DNA of 61,990 nucleotides, the filler included, from Choristocarpus tenellus KU-1152 (lineage: Eukaryota > Protista > Phaeophyceae): NCBI GenBank assembly GCA_964200185.2. It is 11 parts of 11 records of this genome, joined end to end, with 100 filler letters (N's around TTAATTAATTAA, not from the genome) between each part and the next. Parts side by side here need not be neighbours in the genome. Positions count along the whole stretch, not along the records: positions 1 to 2,578 come from CAXNAD020026603.1; positions 2,679 to 16,164 come from CAXNAD020001475.1; 9 more parts are not named here. One strand, given 5' to 3'. Numbering within the stretch: position 1 is the first letter of the stretch; every line of letters begins with the position of its first letter. Shown here piece by piece: positions 1 through 13,381 of the stretch. The notes beneath the pieces are model-generated. The model saw nothing but the letters and a program-made list of their open reading frames with translations. It had not been told where the DNA came from and did no database searches. A program made the translations under genes and the position numbers.

Positions 1-716
1 GTATACCTTTTAATAGTGCCGTGCGGGAGGGGGGGGGGGAGGAGAGGTGGCCTATCTGTGGAGGGAGACTTGCAGAGAGCATATGAACCAGAAAAAAATA
101 AATAGGAGAGGAGAGGAGAGGAGAGGATTGATTTGGACCCCACTGTGCGTCATGTAGCAAAGGGAAGAAGCTATGCACAAACTGAAAGTGGTCAGAAGGA
201 GCTGCCATGTAGTGTGGGGTCTGATGTCATTGGGAGGGACTATCTCCTCATCTTACGCCCCCCCCCAAAAGGCGTTTCTCTTCCTCCTCTTGCCTCCCCT
301 CCACAGCCCTCCTCCACAAGGAGTGGGAGGTGCCCTGGCGAGACCCATCGAGGGGATTAGGGTTAGGGTTAGGGTTGATCGTGGTGAACGCTCTTTTTTA
401 TTTTTTTAATTGTTGGATTTTTTATATTTTCAGATTTATTTTTTTTGCAGTGTAGTACTTACTAGAGTAGAATTATTAATTTCTGGGGGGGGGGGGTTCT
501 TTCTTGTTAACTATAGTGTATTTTTCTATTCTACGCCGAAAATGTACTGAATTTTTATTTTGCCTTCCCCCCCCTTTTTTAAATATATATATATTCTTTT
601 TTTACTCTTGATTTACGTCTTACTGTGTGTTCTGGTACCCTCCCTCCCAGTTCTCCTTCTCCCACCCACTCCCCAACTACCTCTCCTCTCGGCTGTGCAA
701 TGGCTTGTATTTCCAG

Positions 717-2280
717 GTGACCATTCACCAGTCCGATTCCGATGTTACTTGTGGCGTACTGGCTCTTGCCACGCATGGAGACTTTCTGCTCTCTGGTTCT
801 GACGGCTCCGGCATGAAGGTCTGTCAAGTTATAGAGCAAGAGAGTCTAGGCCCTTGGGTTGTGGAAATTTTGTTTTTAAATGTCTACTGTTGTGCGCAGG
901 GTATTTTATTATATTTTATTACTTGTGGGGGGGGGGGGCAGGTTTAGTTTGAAGGGGAAATGTGAATTGTTGAGATGGTGTTTACTGGTGAAGTAATAGT
1001 ATATATTTTTTTGTTTTCAGGTTGAGTTTATTTTTATGTTTTGTGATGTTTTTTTTATACTTATTGTTGTGGTTTTTGTTGAGTAGCGGATTGGTGATAA
1101 GGGACCCCAAAGATGATTGCTATGTGTGTGTACATACGACTACGGCAACGTTTGTGGAAAAGAAAAAAAAAGAAACCACTTTCCACAAACAAGAAGTGTT
1201 TCCACTTCGGATCATTATCTGAGCATCATTCGTAAAGGGACAGGTGCTGCTGCTGCTGTGTGTGTCTGTGTACTGTGTACTGTGAATACGGTGGCCTCTA
1301 GTTGATTTTAGTGTATGTCTCCAAGGGTGAAGAAGTACAGGTTTAGGTGTGTGCATCGATAGAACATCTCTTGAACACTGTTGTAGATTTTATTTATTTT
1401 TTAAGGTTGAACACAGAAGAAGAAGAAGGGAAAAAAGAAAGAAAGGTCTCGCTCAGTTGACCTCAAAAAGTTTGTTTAATTTAATTGATGCGTAATGCCT
1501 GGTCAGAGACTTGTCGTGTTTTAAACGCCTGGTCAGGTGTGGAATACTCACAGCTGGACCTGCGAGAAGACTATTCTTGGTCATGGCGATGAGATATGGG
1601 CCATGGCCGTCATATGGGGGAAACTCGTCAGTGGTTCGATAGACAGGTACGTGTACCCTTTTTAATTGGTCGACAGTTGAGGTTTTAATAAAAAAAATGT
1701 GTGTATATTTATATTTATATATATATATACATATATTATTTTTCTTTTCTCACATATTGAGGTTGTGCTGAGGTTTGAGGGATTTGACTAAGAGACAACA
1801 ATGAATGAAAAAAGGAATGCCTCTTTGGCTGCAACGGGAACGCCTGAAAGAGTTTTTACCCGCCAATAGGATGCATGGACCCCCCCCCCTGCGATGGTGT
1901 GGTGCATGCATCTACGATATTGGCACCAACACATAGCATACAACACATGACAATATTGTCTTACCGATATTTTAATCTCTTACACCAACACATAGCATAC
2001 AACACATGACAATATTATCTTACCGATATTTTAATCTCTTACACCAACACATAGCATACAACACATGCATGCATGCATATATATAGAGAGAGAGAGAGAG
2101 AGCTGAGAGGTGATCATTTTCATCTCTTTTTTTTTGTTGACACGTGGTGCGTTTTTATTTTTTTATTTTTTTCTGTGCAGCACCATCCGAGTGTGGGATA
2201 CGGAGAATTGGACCTGCGAACGCGTCCTGAGGGATCACGCTGGACCTGTTTATGCCCTCACTGTGCTCGAAGGAAAGCTG
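717..2280 (+). CDS. WD40-repeat protein, partial (3 exons: 717-818, 1537-1646, 2181-2280)
   Basis: GT-AG exons join in phase: VTIHQSDSDVTCGVLALATHGDFLLSGSDGSGMK/VWNTHSWTCEKTILGHGDEIWAMAVIWGKLVSGSIDS/TIRVWDTENWTCERVLRDHAGPVYALTVLEGKL. These are canonical GH...SGS.D.TIRVWD repeats. Confidence 0.9.
1925..2068. repeat. Intronic tandem repeat, ~59-bp unit x ~2.4
   Basis: CACCAACACATAGCATACAACACATGACAATATT(G/A)TCTTACCGATATTTTAATCTCTTA repeated almost perfectly. Confidence 0.9.
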
Positions 2281-2578
2281 GTGAGACGTCCTAGAAAGAC
2301 CTGGATGAGAGAGAGAAAGAGGAAAAAAAAAGAAGATAGAAGCAATAGATGTTTTTTTTCTGTTATTTATTTATTTTTTGGGGTACTGTTATGTCGCTGA
2401 TGATATTTAGTGTACCTGTACTGCTCCAGAGGATGTATTTATTTATTTTTCCTTCAAAAGACTGTACGTAAGTGGTGTTGATCTTTATGAAGCGGGGGGG
2501 GGGGGGGGGGGGTTGTAAAAAGGGGGTGGCTTGTGGTTTTTTTTTTTTTGGTGTGGTGTTTTGATTGGGGGGTTTTTT

Positions 2579-2678
2579 NNNNNNNNNNNNNNNNNNNNNN
2601 NNNNNNNNNNNNNNNNNNNNNNTTAATTAATTAANNNNNNNNNNNNNNNNNNNNNNNNNNNNNNNNNNNNNNNNNNNN
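2579..2678. other. Artificial contig linker (same linker at 16165, 28192, 33187, 35862, 39489, 46098, 49506, 53645, 56513)
   Basis: Identical N44-TTAATTAATTAA-N44 spacers carrying stops in all six frames. Confidence 0.97.
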
Positions 2679-5600
2679 ATACATATTTTACCGGCACTGT
2701 CCCCGATAGAGTTGGAAGAGTCTAATCGAACAGTGTCTGTGTGCCGCTATCCCTATCCCATTACCCATTAATTCCAACCCAATAAATTCCATGTGCCTCA
2801 CCCAGCACTTCACAGTACGTCTAATCATTCATCATTTTTCCACTCTAAGGGGTCATCACGGCAGAAGCGTTCATGTAATGTGGCTCTCGAGGTTAAAGTA
2901 TCCTAGGGGAGTGGTAAATTTTGGGGTTTTTGACCTGAAGGGACTTCGAAATGTGATTGCCTGATGCATGTAGTCATCGCCCAATTTCAGGCAATCCTAA
3001 TCACAAATTTGTGGGTGCAATAGAAAGTCCATATGCGCGTAAGGACGAAACAATGTAAACCAGGAAGCAGTCACAGAGACAACTTAACAACAACGACACC
3101 CATCTCTAGCGTGCTTGACTCTTTGTCCAAGAATTCTTGGGGAAAAGATCCTTCCTTATCACTGTCGTAATGATTAAAATGTGGGTAAATTGAGGTGGGA
3201 TTAGAACGGTGCATGTAAATTTGACTCTTCTTGTTTTCTCAGAACAAGGCCATTGGAACGACATCTATCTTTCAGGTCCACAATGTTATCTCGGTTCATA
3301 ATTACCTGTGCTACTAGAAGGGGATATGTACATGTTGCGTAAGTACATTGTGTTGTTCGTTGTACCAAACAAAACTGTTTATCTCGTCAAATACAGCGAT
3401 ACAATGAAAATATAATGATATAATAAGTAATGCATTAATTCCCTAGACCCTCCAATTTTGACTCTAAGAGAGAGAATCAAACTAAAGACCACCTTTATAA
3501 TATACTGTTTCTCTGATATCAGCACAGATGCCAAGGAATGTCAATGCCTGCGACAAGAACGGGACAATGTACCACTGATCACGTAGACCCGATGCACCCC
3601 TCCCGACTTTCGTGGGATATTTAATCCGCTGCTGCCCTACCTACTGAGAGCATCAATCTATCAGTTCTGTCGTGGATATACAGGAAAAACATAATTTGCG
3701 ACATAACCGCACCAGCTTTAATTGTACACCTACACACGACGACGAACCTGTGCATCTATCCCTGTGTATTAACCTTGGCGTCACCCTCAGCCTTTCACGA
3801 TGGCTTTCACAATGGACAACACCAAATCTCACCCTACCTACACTATAATACCCGAATAAATCAATTTCATCACCAATATCTATGAAGCTCAACTCATACC
3901 ATTTGTCAGCTCAGCAGGTACCTCCACTTCTGCTGCCAGGTGCTCCCCCTCTCCCCTGTAAGAAAGAATAGTCTAGAGTTGTGTCGAGTCTGCCCCCCTC
4001 TCCCTTCCTCAAACCCTTTTACATGGCTCTTTCTTCTGTCTACTTGCTAGACCCCTATAGCTCAATACGCTCACTTTCTTCATTAACTTTGCGACTACGA
4101 GGTCTGCGTTTTAACATGGGATAGTTTATGAAGCAATCTTACTTTTGTGAAGATGAGGAGATTGTCATGGATATAAGGAATCCATCGGAAGTTGTGACAA
4201 GATTCTCTTTTCCGACCTCATTCAACCTTGAAGACAGTATCAATCTGACGTTATTGTTGGCATTAGAAGAAGACGATATGGAGGAAAGACGAAAGGTTAA
4301 AGATTGGATGGCTTGAAAGCAGACATGTTAATCGGAAGTTAGTAAGAAATGAGTGGCAATGGGGGAAAGGGATTAAGAATGAGTAGACAAAAAGAAGGGT
4401 CAAAGGCAATGGCTCAGGGAAGAATGACAAAAGGGGGCAGGATAATGGTAACTTCTCAGGGATCTTTCCCACTCGCTCACCCTTTCAAATGCACACGACT
4501 GAGTGGGATGTTTGGGGGGGGGGAGGTCAACCTTGCCGGGGTATATGTCTTCTAGTTCAAACCTCAACATGGGAGTAAACGAAGGTGGGATGTTTTGGAT
4601 GATTGTGGGATGTTCTTGAATGAATGAATGAGGAGTGTTATGGAAGGAGGTGGATTTTTTTTGGAGGATTAGTGTGGGATATGGATTACCGGAAATCGGA
4701 CCCATTAGTCTGTGAGTGGAAACACGTAAATTGACCGAACTGAGTCACACCATTACAAAGACGAGGGAGTATTGCCCTCTGTTCCCTTCCAAAGTTGAAC
4801 AAAGTTGCAAAACTCAGCATTTTCAAGCCCGTCATACATGTGGCCTATTCCGGATCCAATGAAATGTGTAAGAAAAGATCAAGCAGATAGATATCCTGTT
4901 AATAATCTTTGGAGGATGTGCGTGGGGGTCAAACATAAGAGATCTGCTTCTGGCATTTTTTGGAGTGTGCCGTCATGGGTTGGTGAAATTTCTGTTTGAG
5001 GAAAAGATAGGCATCTGTGTTATAGATTGGGATATATGACCACCTTGTAAGTGTGCATGATGTGATGCACCCTGTACTGACGAGGATGAACCTCACACAC
5101 ACATGTTGAAAATACAATCTCTTAACCAGATTATCTTTCTTACAGGGACAAAAAGAAGGAGCAGAAAAAATGGTGTGAGTGCACCAAAATATAGTGTATA
5201 TGAAACACTATAACAAACGGAAGACACATATCTGATCATATTGACTGTCTGTTATGCAACGAAAAGCAATAAACTTCCACACCCACAACACTTAGAACAT
5301 CCAGACAAGCACCCATGTATGAACATTGCCCAACCCAAGAAACTATTCCCATAGAGGAGTAAATAATGAAAAGTCGAAAGACACTGAGTAATTCAGAGTA
5401 ACCGAGTAGTAAATAAAAATAAAATAAAAAAGAGGGTGAAAATATGTTGGTTTGGAGCGGAGTACGTCATATTGGTTCATGAGTGGATACCATATGAGGA
5501 AATTGACTACATTGCTCTGTGAACGGACACTAGTAGTGCCGGAAATTGACAGTACTAGCTTGTGAGTAGATATGGTAACGGAAATAGGTCGTATAGGTTG

Positions 5601-6432
5601 GTAATTGGGAAAGTGGAGATTGGCTGCGTAGTTGGTGTGGAAACAGGGGAAGGTGGTGTTGCGACGGTGGTGCGTGGTGTAAAGTGAGTAGGGTAACGTC
5701 AGTTAAGGAGTGGAGTGGATGTAAGGTTAGGAGGGGCTAATCTAAGTTATACGGAATTGTTGACTAAGAGAAAATCAAATTGTGTTCAAAATCTTCTCCA
5801 CCCTCCCTTCTTCAAAATGTGGCCTAATTAACCTCTGTACCTTGGCAAATTCTAACAAGTTGTTTGGTCAAAACATAGGCTACTCCCTCTATCGTTCCTA
5901 TATTATGGAGTACAGTACCACCAACTAGTGTTAATCGTTGGCCTGTCCACTAGTAATGGGTTCTTAGTGCAACATTACCGGCATTGCATTACACCATTCT
6001 GCACGGTATATGATCGCAACTTACCGTTGCACTGTGCACAGTTATATTGTTGAGACATAGGCTGTTTAGGGCATAATCATATATAAATATATATATTATT
6101 ATGCCCTCAAACAATTTACAGATGTGTCAGGGAAAAAGCCAATTCAATATCGTAAGGACCCCTGTAAAAGTAATAGTTGTCGTAAATGTGAAAGATATCT
6201 CTCCAAAATCTACTCATTATTTCACTGCCAGCTATACTACACCACTCCCATGAAATCTCGCAATTACAATGTGATGTATACACTGCTGCTATGCCTCCAT
6301 CCTAGCTTAGCCCTATACAATTGGACGAGGAGCTAGGGAAGCCTTCCAAGAATTTGACAGATGCCTCCTTGCCCATCTTCCTATTGTACTTCCTGTAATC
6401 CGTCCGATTAATGAAATAGTAGTAGAGGGGAT

Positions 6433-9400
6433 GTGGTGTTGAGAACAATCGAAATCGCGTATTTTTGTTCGTATAGACTTAAATTCCCCAAATCAAAAGA
6501 TTGTGAACGTCAGGTACAGATTCCATTTTTGGTTCCAATTTGTTCTCAGGCACTTCGAGGAACAGCTACCGATGCAGTGGTGGAACCTATCATTTACACT
6601 GGCAGAGACCTCCCTCCAGCACGAGGACGACATACATCCCCACTGGCATCACATAATGGTCAGTCTAACCCTCTCTGGGAAGAAGATGGAGGATGTCTAG
6701 TCAAAATTGCCAATCTTTTACGAAAAGGGATCAAGTTACCAGCAAAATTTGTAGTTGGTCATGTTTCTCCTTATTCAATAACATATGCCCTGTCAGATAC
6801 CACAGTAAGTGCAGTTGCAGACACACCATCTATCCCCGAAGAACTAAAACAAGCTAGGGAGGAATTGAAGTTGGTTTTTCTAAGAAGGTTTTTACAAATT
6901 CTTAACTAACACTGTCTGAAGAAGAGGAATTACTAGATATAGTGGCTAAATTCACACCAGTCTTTTCATTATCCGAAAAATAATTTGGTTGCTGCACCAC
7001 TACTTCTGTTGAGTTTCCACTACAACCCGGCACTAAACCAGTTAGTAGACCACCGTATCGCGCGGCACCAAAAATACGCGACACTATTTGACAATGTGTA
7101 ACTGATATGGAGAAACAGGGTATTATAAAACCCTCATCTAGCCCATGGGCATCCCCTGTTACCATTGTTGCCAAACCTGATGGATCACCTCGATTCTGTG
7201 TGGATTTTAGAGTAACCATAAATTTACATTTGATACGTAATTCATGCCCTTTGCCATCCATGGATGAGTGTTTATCCACGTTGGGGGGGTTCGAAATATT
7301 TATCTTGCTTAGATATCCAATCAGCCTACAGGCAACTACCGATAACTGATGAATGCGAACGACAAAAACTGCCTTCATCACGCCGGATGCGAAATACGAG
7401 TTTCAGAGGTTACCATTTGGAGTACAAAATCCACTGTGGATCTTCCAACGCTTTATGTCTGAAACCTTTTCCAGTATCGGTTCTAGCTCAAGGTTGTTGG
7501 TATATTTGGACGATATTGGTTTGGCCTCTCCATCATAGACACACCAGAAACAATTGATCACTACAGTATTGTCAATGTTACAAGATGTAGGGATTACGTT
7601 TAAAGCCATCCAAGGCTCAATTTGGCTCAAAACAAATCCATTATTTGGGACATGATGTTAGCCCACAAGGAATTGCTGTATCCCAAGCTCGTGTTGAAAC
7701 TATTATTAGATATGCATCCTCCTCAAACTGTGAAAGGCTTACAATCATTTTTTGGTTCGATGAACTTTTGTTAGAAGTATATTCCTCCTCACCTAGCTAA
7801 AGCAACAGAACCGTTGGTTCAAATGATTCGTCATACACAGAAAAGGAAATTCACAAAAAGAGAACACCTCAGTAAAACGAGAAAGAAAGACCACAAGGAT
7901 ATCTCATCTAGATAGAATCGACCACAGCAGACTGCTTTTGATTAATGCAAACGACTGTTATCTAGGGCTCCAGTGCTACACTTTCCTGACTTTTCTAAGG
8001 AATTTTTTATTCATGTAGATTGCCAGTAATGTTGGGACAGGGGGGTTTTTAGCGCATAAAAATGATGACGACAATTTGATGTAATTGCATACCATAGTGC
8101 CTTATTTTCCCCTCCCAATGTAAATATTCTGGCAATCCAACTTTGGAGACCATATATTTGGGGCAAACATTTCACAGTTTTTTCTGATAATTCAGCCTTA
8201 CGGTGGCTGCATACGATGCAAGATACGTCTAATCTGTTAACTCGATGGGCCTTAGCTTTGCAAAGTTTTGATTTGACCGTTCTTCATAAGCCTGGCAGAT
8301 TACATTACATCCCAGATATGTTGTCACGTCCTCAACTGGAAGAATTTTGTAAACACGAATCTGAACCAGCACCCCTAATCCCTATCTGTCGAATTGTGGG
8401 CACAAAAACCACTGATACAAGTTCTCAAGCAAGTAAGGTATACCCTGCCTATGAATTGTCTGTGAATCGACTAGGTGAAATTACTAAAGTGGCAAATGAT
8501 TCTGAGCTCTTTGCAAGCTCCATCAATGTGTTCCCTGTAATTGATACGGAAGTTCTAGCCAAGGCCCAACATGAGGAGTATGAAGCTTATTTTCAATACC
8601 TGCATCAACCTGGTCACCTTAGAAAAAACGGAGAACTCTGAGATCAGTTAGTAGCCCCAACAGAGTTTCAGGGTCTAATTTTAGACGCCCTACATGACCA
8701 TAAAGTTGCCGACCATCTTGCTTTTAAACATACCTTTGACCGGGATCGCGATAGATTTTGGTGGCCAACCTTACATAAAGACATGAGGAAGTGGTGTGAA
8801 ACTTGCCAGTCCTGTCAAAGGCGTAAGGCCTCGCACACTCTCACCCCATTACGAACAGGACATATGCCTGTCGCACGTCAATTTCAACGACTTGCTATTG
8901 ACCTAGTTAAATATAAGACCATGTCAGACGGTGCAAAATATGTGCTATCCGCTGTAGACCATCTTACAAGATTTGCAATCTTGGTTGGCATTGCAAATTA
9001 GCAAGAAAAAAACGTAGCTAAAGCTCTCGTCGACCGTATTTTTTCCATCTTTGGTCCTCCTGAAACACTCCACTCTGACCAAGGCAAATAATTTGAGAAT
9101 AAACTCCTGACTGAGTTGCGTAAAGTGTATGGATATNNNNNNNNNNAAAACCAAGACAACGGCATATCGACCACAAGGCAATAGTATATGTGAACGTATT
9201 CATTCTACAATGCATGGTATGCTGGCCATGTATTCAAATATGGACCAATCTGACCGAGCCTCATTATTTCCCTTTGTCCAGCTAGCACATAATACAGCCT
9301 ATAATTCCACTGTTCAAGAAACCACATTTTTTCTCATGTTTGGGATGCACCCGATTGTATCAATTGATCTTATTTTGGGGGTCCCTGAGGCCACCCCCAT

Positions 9401-10578
9401 AACTGCACAAGAATACAGTATGAAAACCGTGGAGAATTTACAGCTAGCCTATGAATTAGCCCGGCATAATATTGGTGAGATGGTCTTAAGGAACGAATCG
9501 GAGAACGTGAACCATTAACTCCCACTATACGAACCTGGAGATAAAATATGGCTTCACAAACCACATACTTCAGCTGATGCACCAAACTTCAAGTTGTTGT
9601 CCCCATGGAGAGGATCTTATGAAGTGAAGGCACGTATAACACCTGTTGTATATCGCATAAAACGCTTGGAAGATCGACGGGAAATGAGAGTTCATCTGGC
9701 CAGACTTAAATGTTACAAGGAGGGTAGAGCCACAGAACCAGACATAGATGCCCTTATTCACTCTTTTTAGGCCGGATCTTACCTGAACCGGATCTTGACC
9801 AGGGGTCAAAGACATAGCCAACTATTGGATCTTACAATCTAGAGGGCATTGTTGATCATAAACGTGGGGTAGGAAGAAAAACCACCCGCAATTATTTGTA
9901 CCGGCTTCGCTTTCAGGGATATTCACCGGCCAATGATGTATGGCGCAAACCCACCGAAATACCTGAATGTCCAGAGATGATCGCAGCCTATAGGGATGAG
10001 AACAAGTTGGACCTCCTTAATGTAAGAGCCACTGACCAAGCGACTTGTCATAATCAAAAGACACCCTGCCACTACAACAGCCGAAGAATGTGTGATACCG
10101 CCAACCGGACGTCCACCTAATAGCAACCACTCCTCCTTTAATATTTGTGACAACCCTCCTTGTGGACCGGAAAGTGCGATGTGTGCAAATTACCTTGGGA
10201 GGTAACGCTATTTGTTAGTAGCGAAGATAAGAAGGTGTGAAACCTCACACGACCCCCTTTGCTGAACGTGATTACATGGTTGTAATTGGAAGAGTGACCT
10301 TGTGTGGTCTCTTCTCATTGCTTGTCTATTATTATTTGTGCTTCCTATCTAAGTCAAAGGTTATGTCAAAGTAGTTGAATGGGGAATAAATACTAATACA
10401 TAATCCCATGCATAATCCGAATGTACTATCTCATTAGTTACATCACATGATATACACAAAATAAGGTACACCTCACTATTGTCCTATTTTGTACACGATG
10501 AATGCCTCTATACTAATGGGTTGCCGGCCTGGTGAGTTGCCACCAGATCCCATAGATAGAGAAGATAGTTCTTTTTCA
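6433..10578 (+). mobile_element. Decayed Ty3/Gypsy LTR retrotransposon with chromodomain (RT, RNase H, integrase, chromo) and putative 3' LTR
   Basis: RT motifs PSSSPWASPVTIVAKPDGSPRFCVDFR, KTAFITPDAKYEFQRLPFG and VYLDDI. RNase H region LTRWALALQSFDL. Integrase with CETCQSC, LAIDL, HSDQG and NSICERIH. C-terminal chromodomain. Many stops and frameshifts. Domain order RT-RH-IN. Confidence 0.93.
10180..10578 (+). repeat. Putative LTR (TG...CA) of the Gypsy element
   Basis: Follows pol and a purine-rich tract. 10183-10495 is homologous to 57925-58264 (inverted) and to 12771-12900. Boundaries are inferred. Confidence 0.55.
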
Positions 10579-10651
10579 CTACCAAGATGGCGGAAGCGAC
10601 GCCGATAGATTCTTGAAGATCATGCCATGGCTCAGTCCGGGTGGTAGTTTC

Positions 10652-12024
10652 AGAGCTGATCTAGTTAGCGACTTGAGTCTCGCGAAGTAGTAAGACTGCT
10701 CTCATCCGGAAACAAACACAGGTTGGTGCTATCTGTGAAAAGCATGCATACCTTTTAAAATATTATTTACCTCGGGTAAAATATTTTACTTCATTATTTG
10801 TAAACAAACTGTGCACATAAAAAAGTTAACAGTCCAACTTACTGGTTGTCCAAGCACCTTGGAGGCAAGTTGTTGAAGAAGAGGTGATAGTAAGAGATAG
10901 TGAGTCTTCCAACCATCCTTAATACTATTCCCACAACACTCCCCAATTGATGACTTGATGTATCAAAGCTTTGGTGATACTGAGCTTCATCGACTCCGAC
11001 CGCGGGAGTCACGTAGGAGACAGGCTGGTCCACGCCATTTTTCTCACTGTGCTTTATACCCGTTAACACAGATTTCACTTGGACTGAGGTGATATTTAGA
11101 GCTGATCTAGTTAGCGACTTGAGTCTCGCGAAGTAGAAAGATTTGCTCTTGTCCGGAGACATTAACACAGAGTGATTCCCCCTGTGGGAAGCATGCATTT
11201 ATTTTATATTCAAAATATTATTTACCACGGTTATAATATTTTACTTCTGTTAACAAATGCGCATATATATAACAAACATTGAAAGTCCATTTTGTCTGGT
11301 TGTCCAAGCACCTTGGAGGCAAGTTGTTGAAGAAGAGGTGATAGTAAGGGATAGTGAGTCTTCCAACCATCCTTAACACTATTCCCACAACACTCCCCAA
11401 TTGATGACTTGATGTACCAAAGCTGAGGTGATACTGAGCTTCATCGACTCAGACCGCGGGAGTCACGTAGGAGACAGGCTGGTCCACGCCATTTTTCTCG
11501 CTGCGATCTACACCCGTTAACACAGGGTTCACTTGGACTGAGGTGATATTTAGAGCTGATCTATTAGACAACTTTAGAATCGTGGAGTAGTAGAAATATT
11601 GCTCTTATCCGGAGACATTAACACAGAGTGATTCCACCTGTTTGTGAGAAGCATGCATATATTTTATATTCAAAATATTATTTACTACGAGTATAATATT
11701 TTACTTCTGTTAAATGCGCATATAACAAACATTGAAAGTCCATTTTTGTCTGGTTATCCAAGCACCTTGGAGGCAACTTGTTGAAGAGGATTTGATAGTA
11801 AGGGATGATGAGTGTGACCCACCCACCCTTGACACTATCCCCACAACATTCCCCAATAGATGAGTTGATGTACCAAACAAAGCTGTGGTGATACTGAACT
11901 TCATTTACTCGTATCCCCGGGAGGCACATAGTAGGAGACAGGCAGGTGCATGCCATTTTTCTCACTACGCTATCCACCTGTTAACGCAGATGTCACTTGG
12001 ACTAGAGTGCGACCTAGGGCTGAT
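10652..12024. repeat. Tandem array of three ~450-bp units
   Basis: AGAGCTGATCTA recurs at 10652, 11098 and 11552, with a partial copy at 12016. Units align along their length. Confidence 0.93.
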
Positions 12025-12770
12025 TACCACTAACTAGTGCTCCACCTTTTGTGTATCTACCCTGAGTTGATACAACCGGGATGTTTCGGGTTTTTTTCCT
12101 CCCAAAGATGGACCTGTCCGACATGAAGTGCTGGCCAGCCACTTTTGTGTTCGTGTCAAATAGTATCCACACTGGGGGGGGGGCAATGTCAGGGACAGGT
12201 TCCTTTTTTGGGATCTCCGACAAACACGTTATGTGTAAGACGCGCGGTCATATACAATTGCGCGCGCCAACCAAGTCATTTGAGCTCATCCATACCGACC
12301 AGTCCAAAGAAACAATCACACCTATAAGATTCGGATTTGACCTAACAGCCAAAATGGACTCTCAGAACGAAGAACCATTCCGATTCTGATAAATCAATTT
12401 CTTTGCTGTGGCGTTGCTCAGTCATTCCGGAAATTCTGTTGTGTTTTAAGGTTTTTGTTCTTGTCTGGATTTCCTCACCTGTTCTGAGATGTTGAGCAAA
12501 GACCTTTGAAATTCGGTCTCACCCTCTGAGGTGAAAGAGTTCAGTCCGGTGATTGAGATTGCCCCCTTGAGCAGAGAACTTGGCACCTTTGACACTTCCA
12601 CATGAGTTTTACTATGAAGTGGACAGACATACATATTGTGGATCGACCTCGTCTCGGTATTTTTTGTGGAATATATCTATATCGGAATTACCTTCTCGAT
12701 ATTTCTTCATTAACAAACCATCAAACCAAAAACTACAATATAAGAACAAATTTAGTCCCACGTAACCAAG

Positions 12771-12900
12771 TATTGTGCAATTTACCTTGGGAGGTAATGT
12801 CAAAGTAGTTGAATCCAGAACAAAAACCCATACGGATGTACTATCTCCTTAGTTACATCTCTCATACACAAGGTATACCTCACTATTGTCCTATTTTTTA
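12771..12900 (+). repeat. Internally deleted copy of the LTR-like sequence
   Basis: GTGCAATTTACCTTGGGAGGTAA...GTCAAAGTAGTTGAAT...TGTACTATCTC...CCTCACTATTGTCCTATTTT is shared with 10183-10490. Confidence 0.75.
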
Positions 12901-13381
12901 CAAGTACCTCAGTCCACACTCTAACTTATACATAATTCCTTACTGTATTAGGTGTGACAGTACGATCATATTCCTCCCTAAAAAAGAAGTTCAAAATGTC
13001 GACTACTACCTGAGGGGGAAGCATATTTTACTTCTTCTCTGAAGGCACACATGGGGTCACACAAACCTTTTTGCCTCAAGTTTGGACTAGTAAAGGACTC
13101 TCAGGTGTGTTAACAGAGGTCAATTGTGATCCGAAATTTTGAGAGGAAGTACCACAATTTTTGTGTATTCCGCCCTCAACCTTGTAATGGTTTTTCTCCA
13201 TTATGTATCGCCCATCCCACTCCTTTTACGTTAACTCTTTCAAGATGCATGCCAACAAGAGGCTGAACAAGTCTTGCAGCTCCACACAGTATACGTACGT
13301 GCAATCACATGTGAGCCAACACGAATGATCGTTTTCGCTCTCGTCCTCTGTGTCGATATGCTCTTGACCAACGTTTCACAG

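Noticed and set aside
2623-2634. TTAATTAATTAA as a biological motif
   Set aside because: Synthetic six-frame-stop linker inside N runs.
2890-2936. Ultra-short MITE remnant AGGTTAAAGTATCCTAGGGG...TTTGACCT
   Set aside because: No TSD and too short to support.
11399-11440. Box C/D snoRNA (TGATGA...CTGA) in the tandem units
   Set aside because: Only ~35 nt between the boxes, and box C is lost in unit 3.
10839-11977. Repeated minus-strand ORFs ending NNLPPRCLDNQ
   Set aside because: By-product of the tandem repeat. Frames are not preserved between units.
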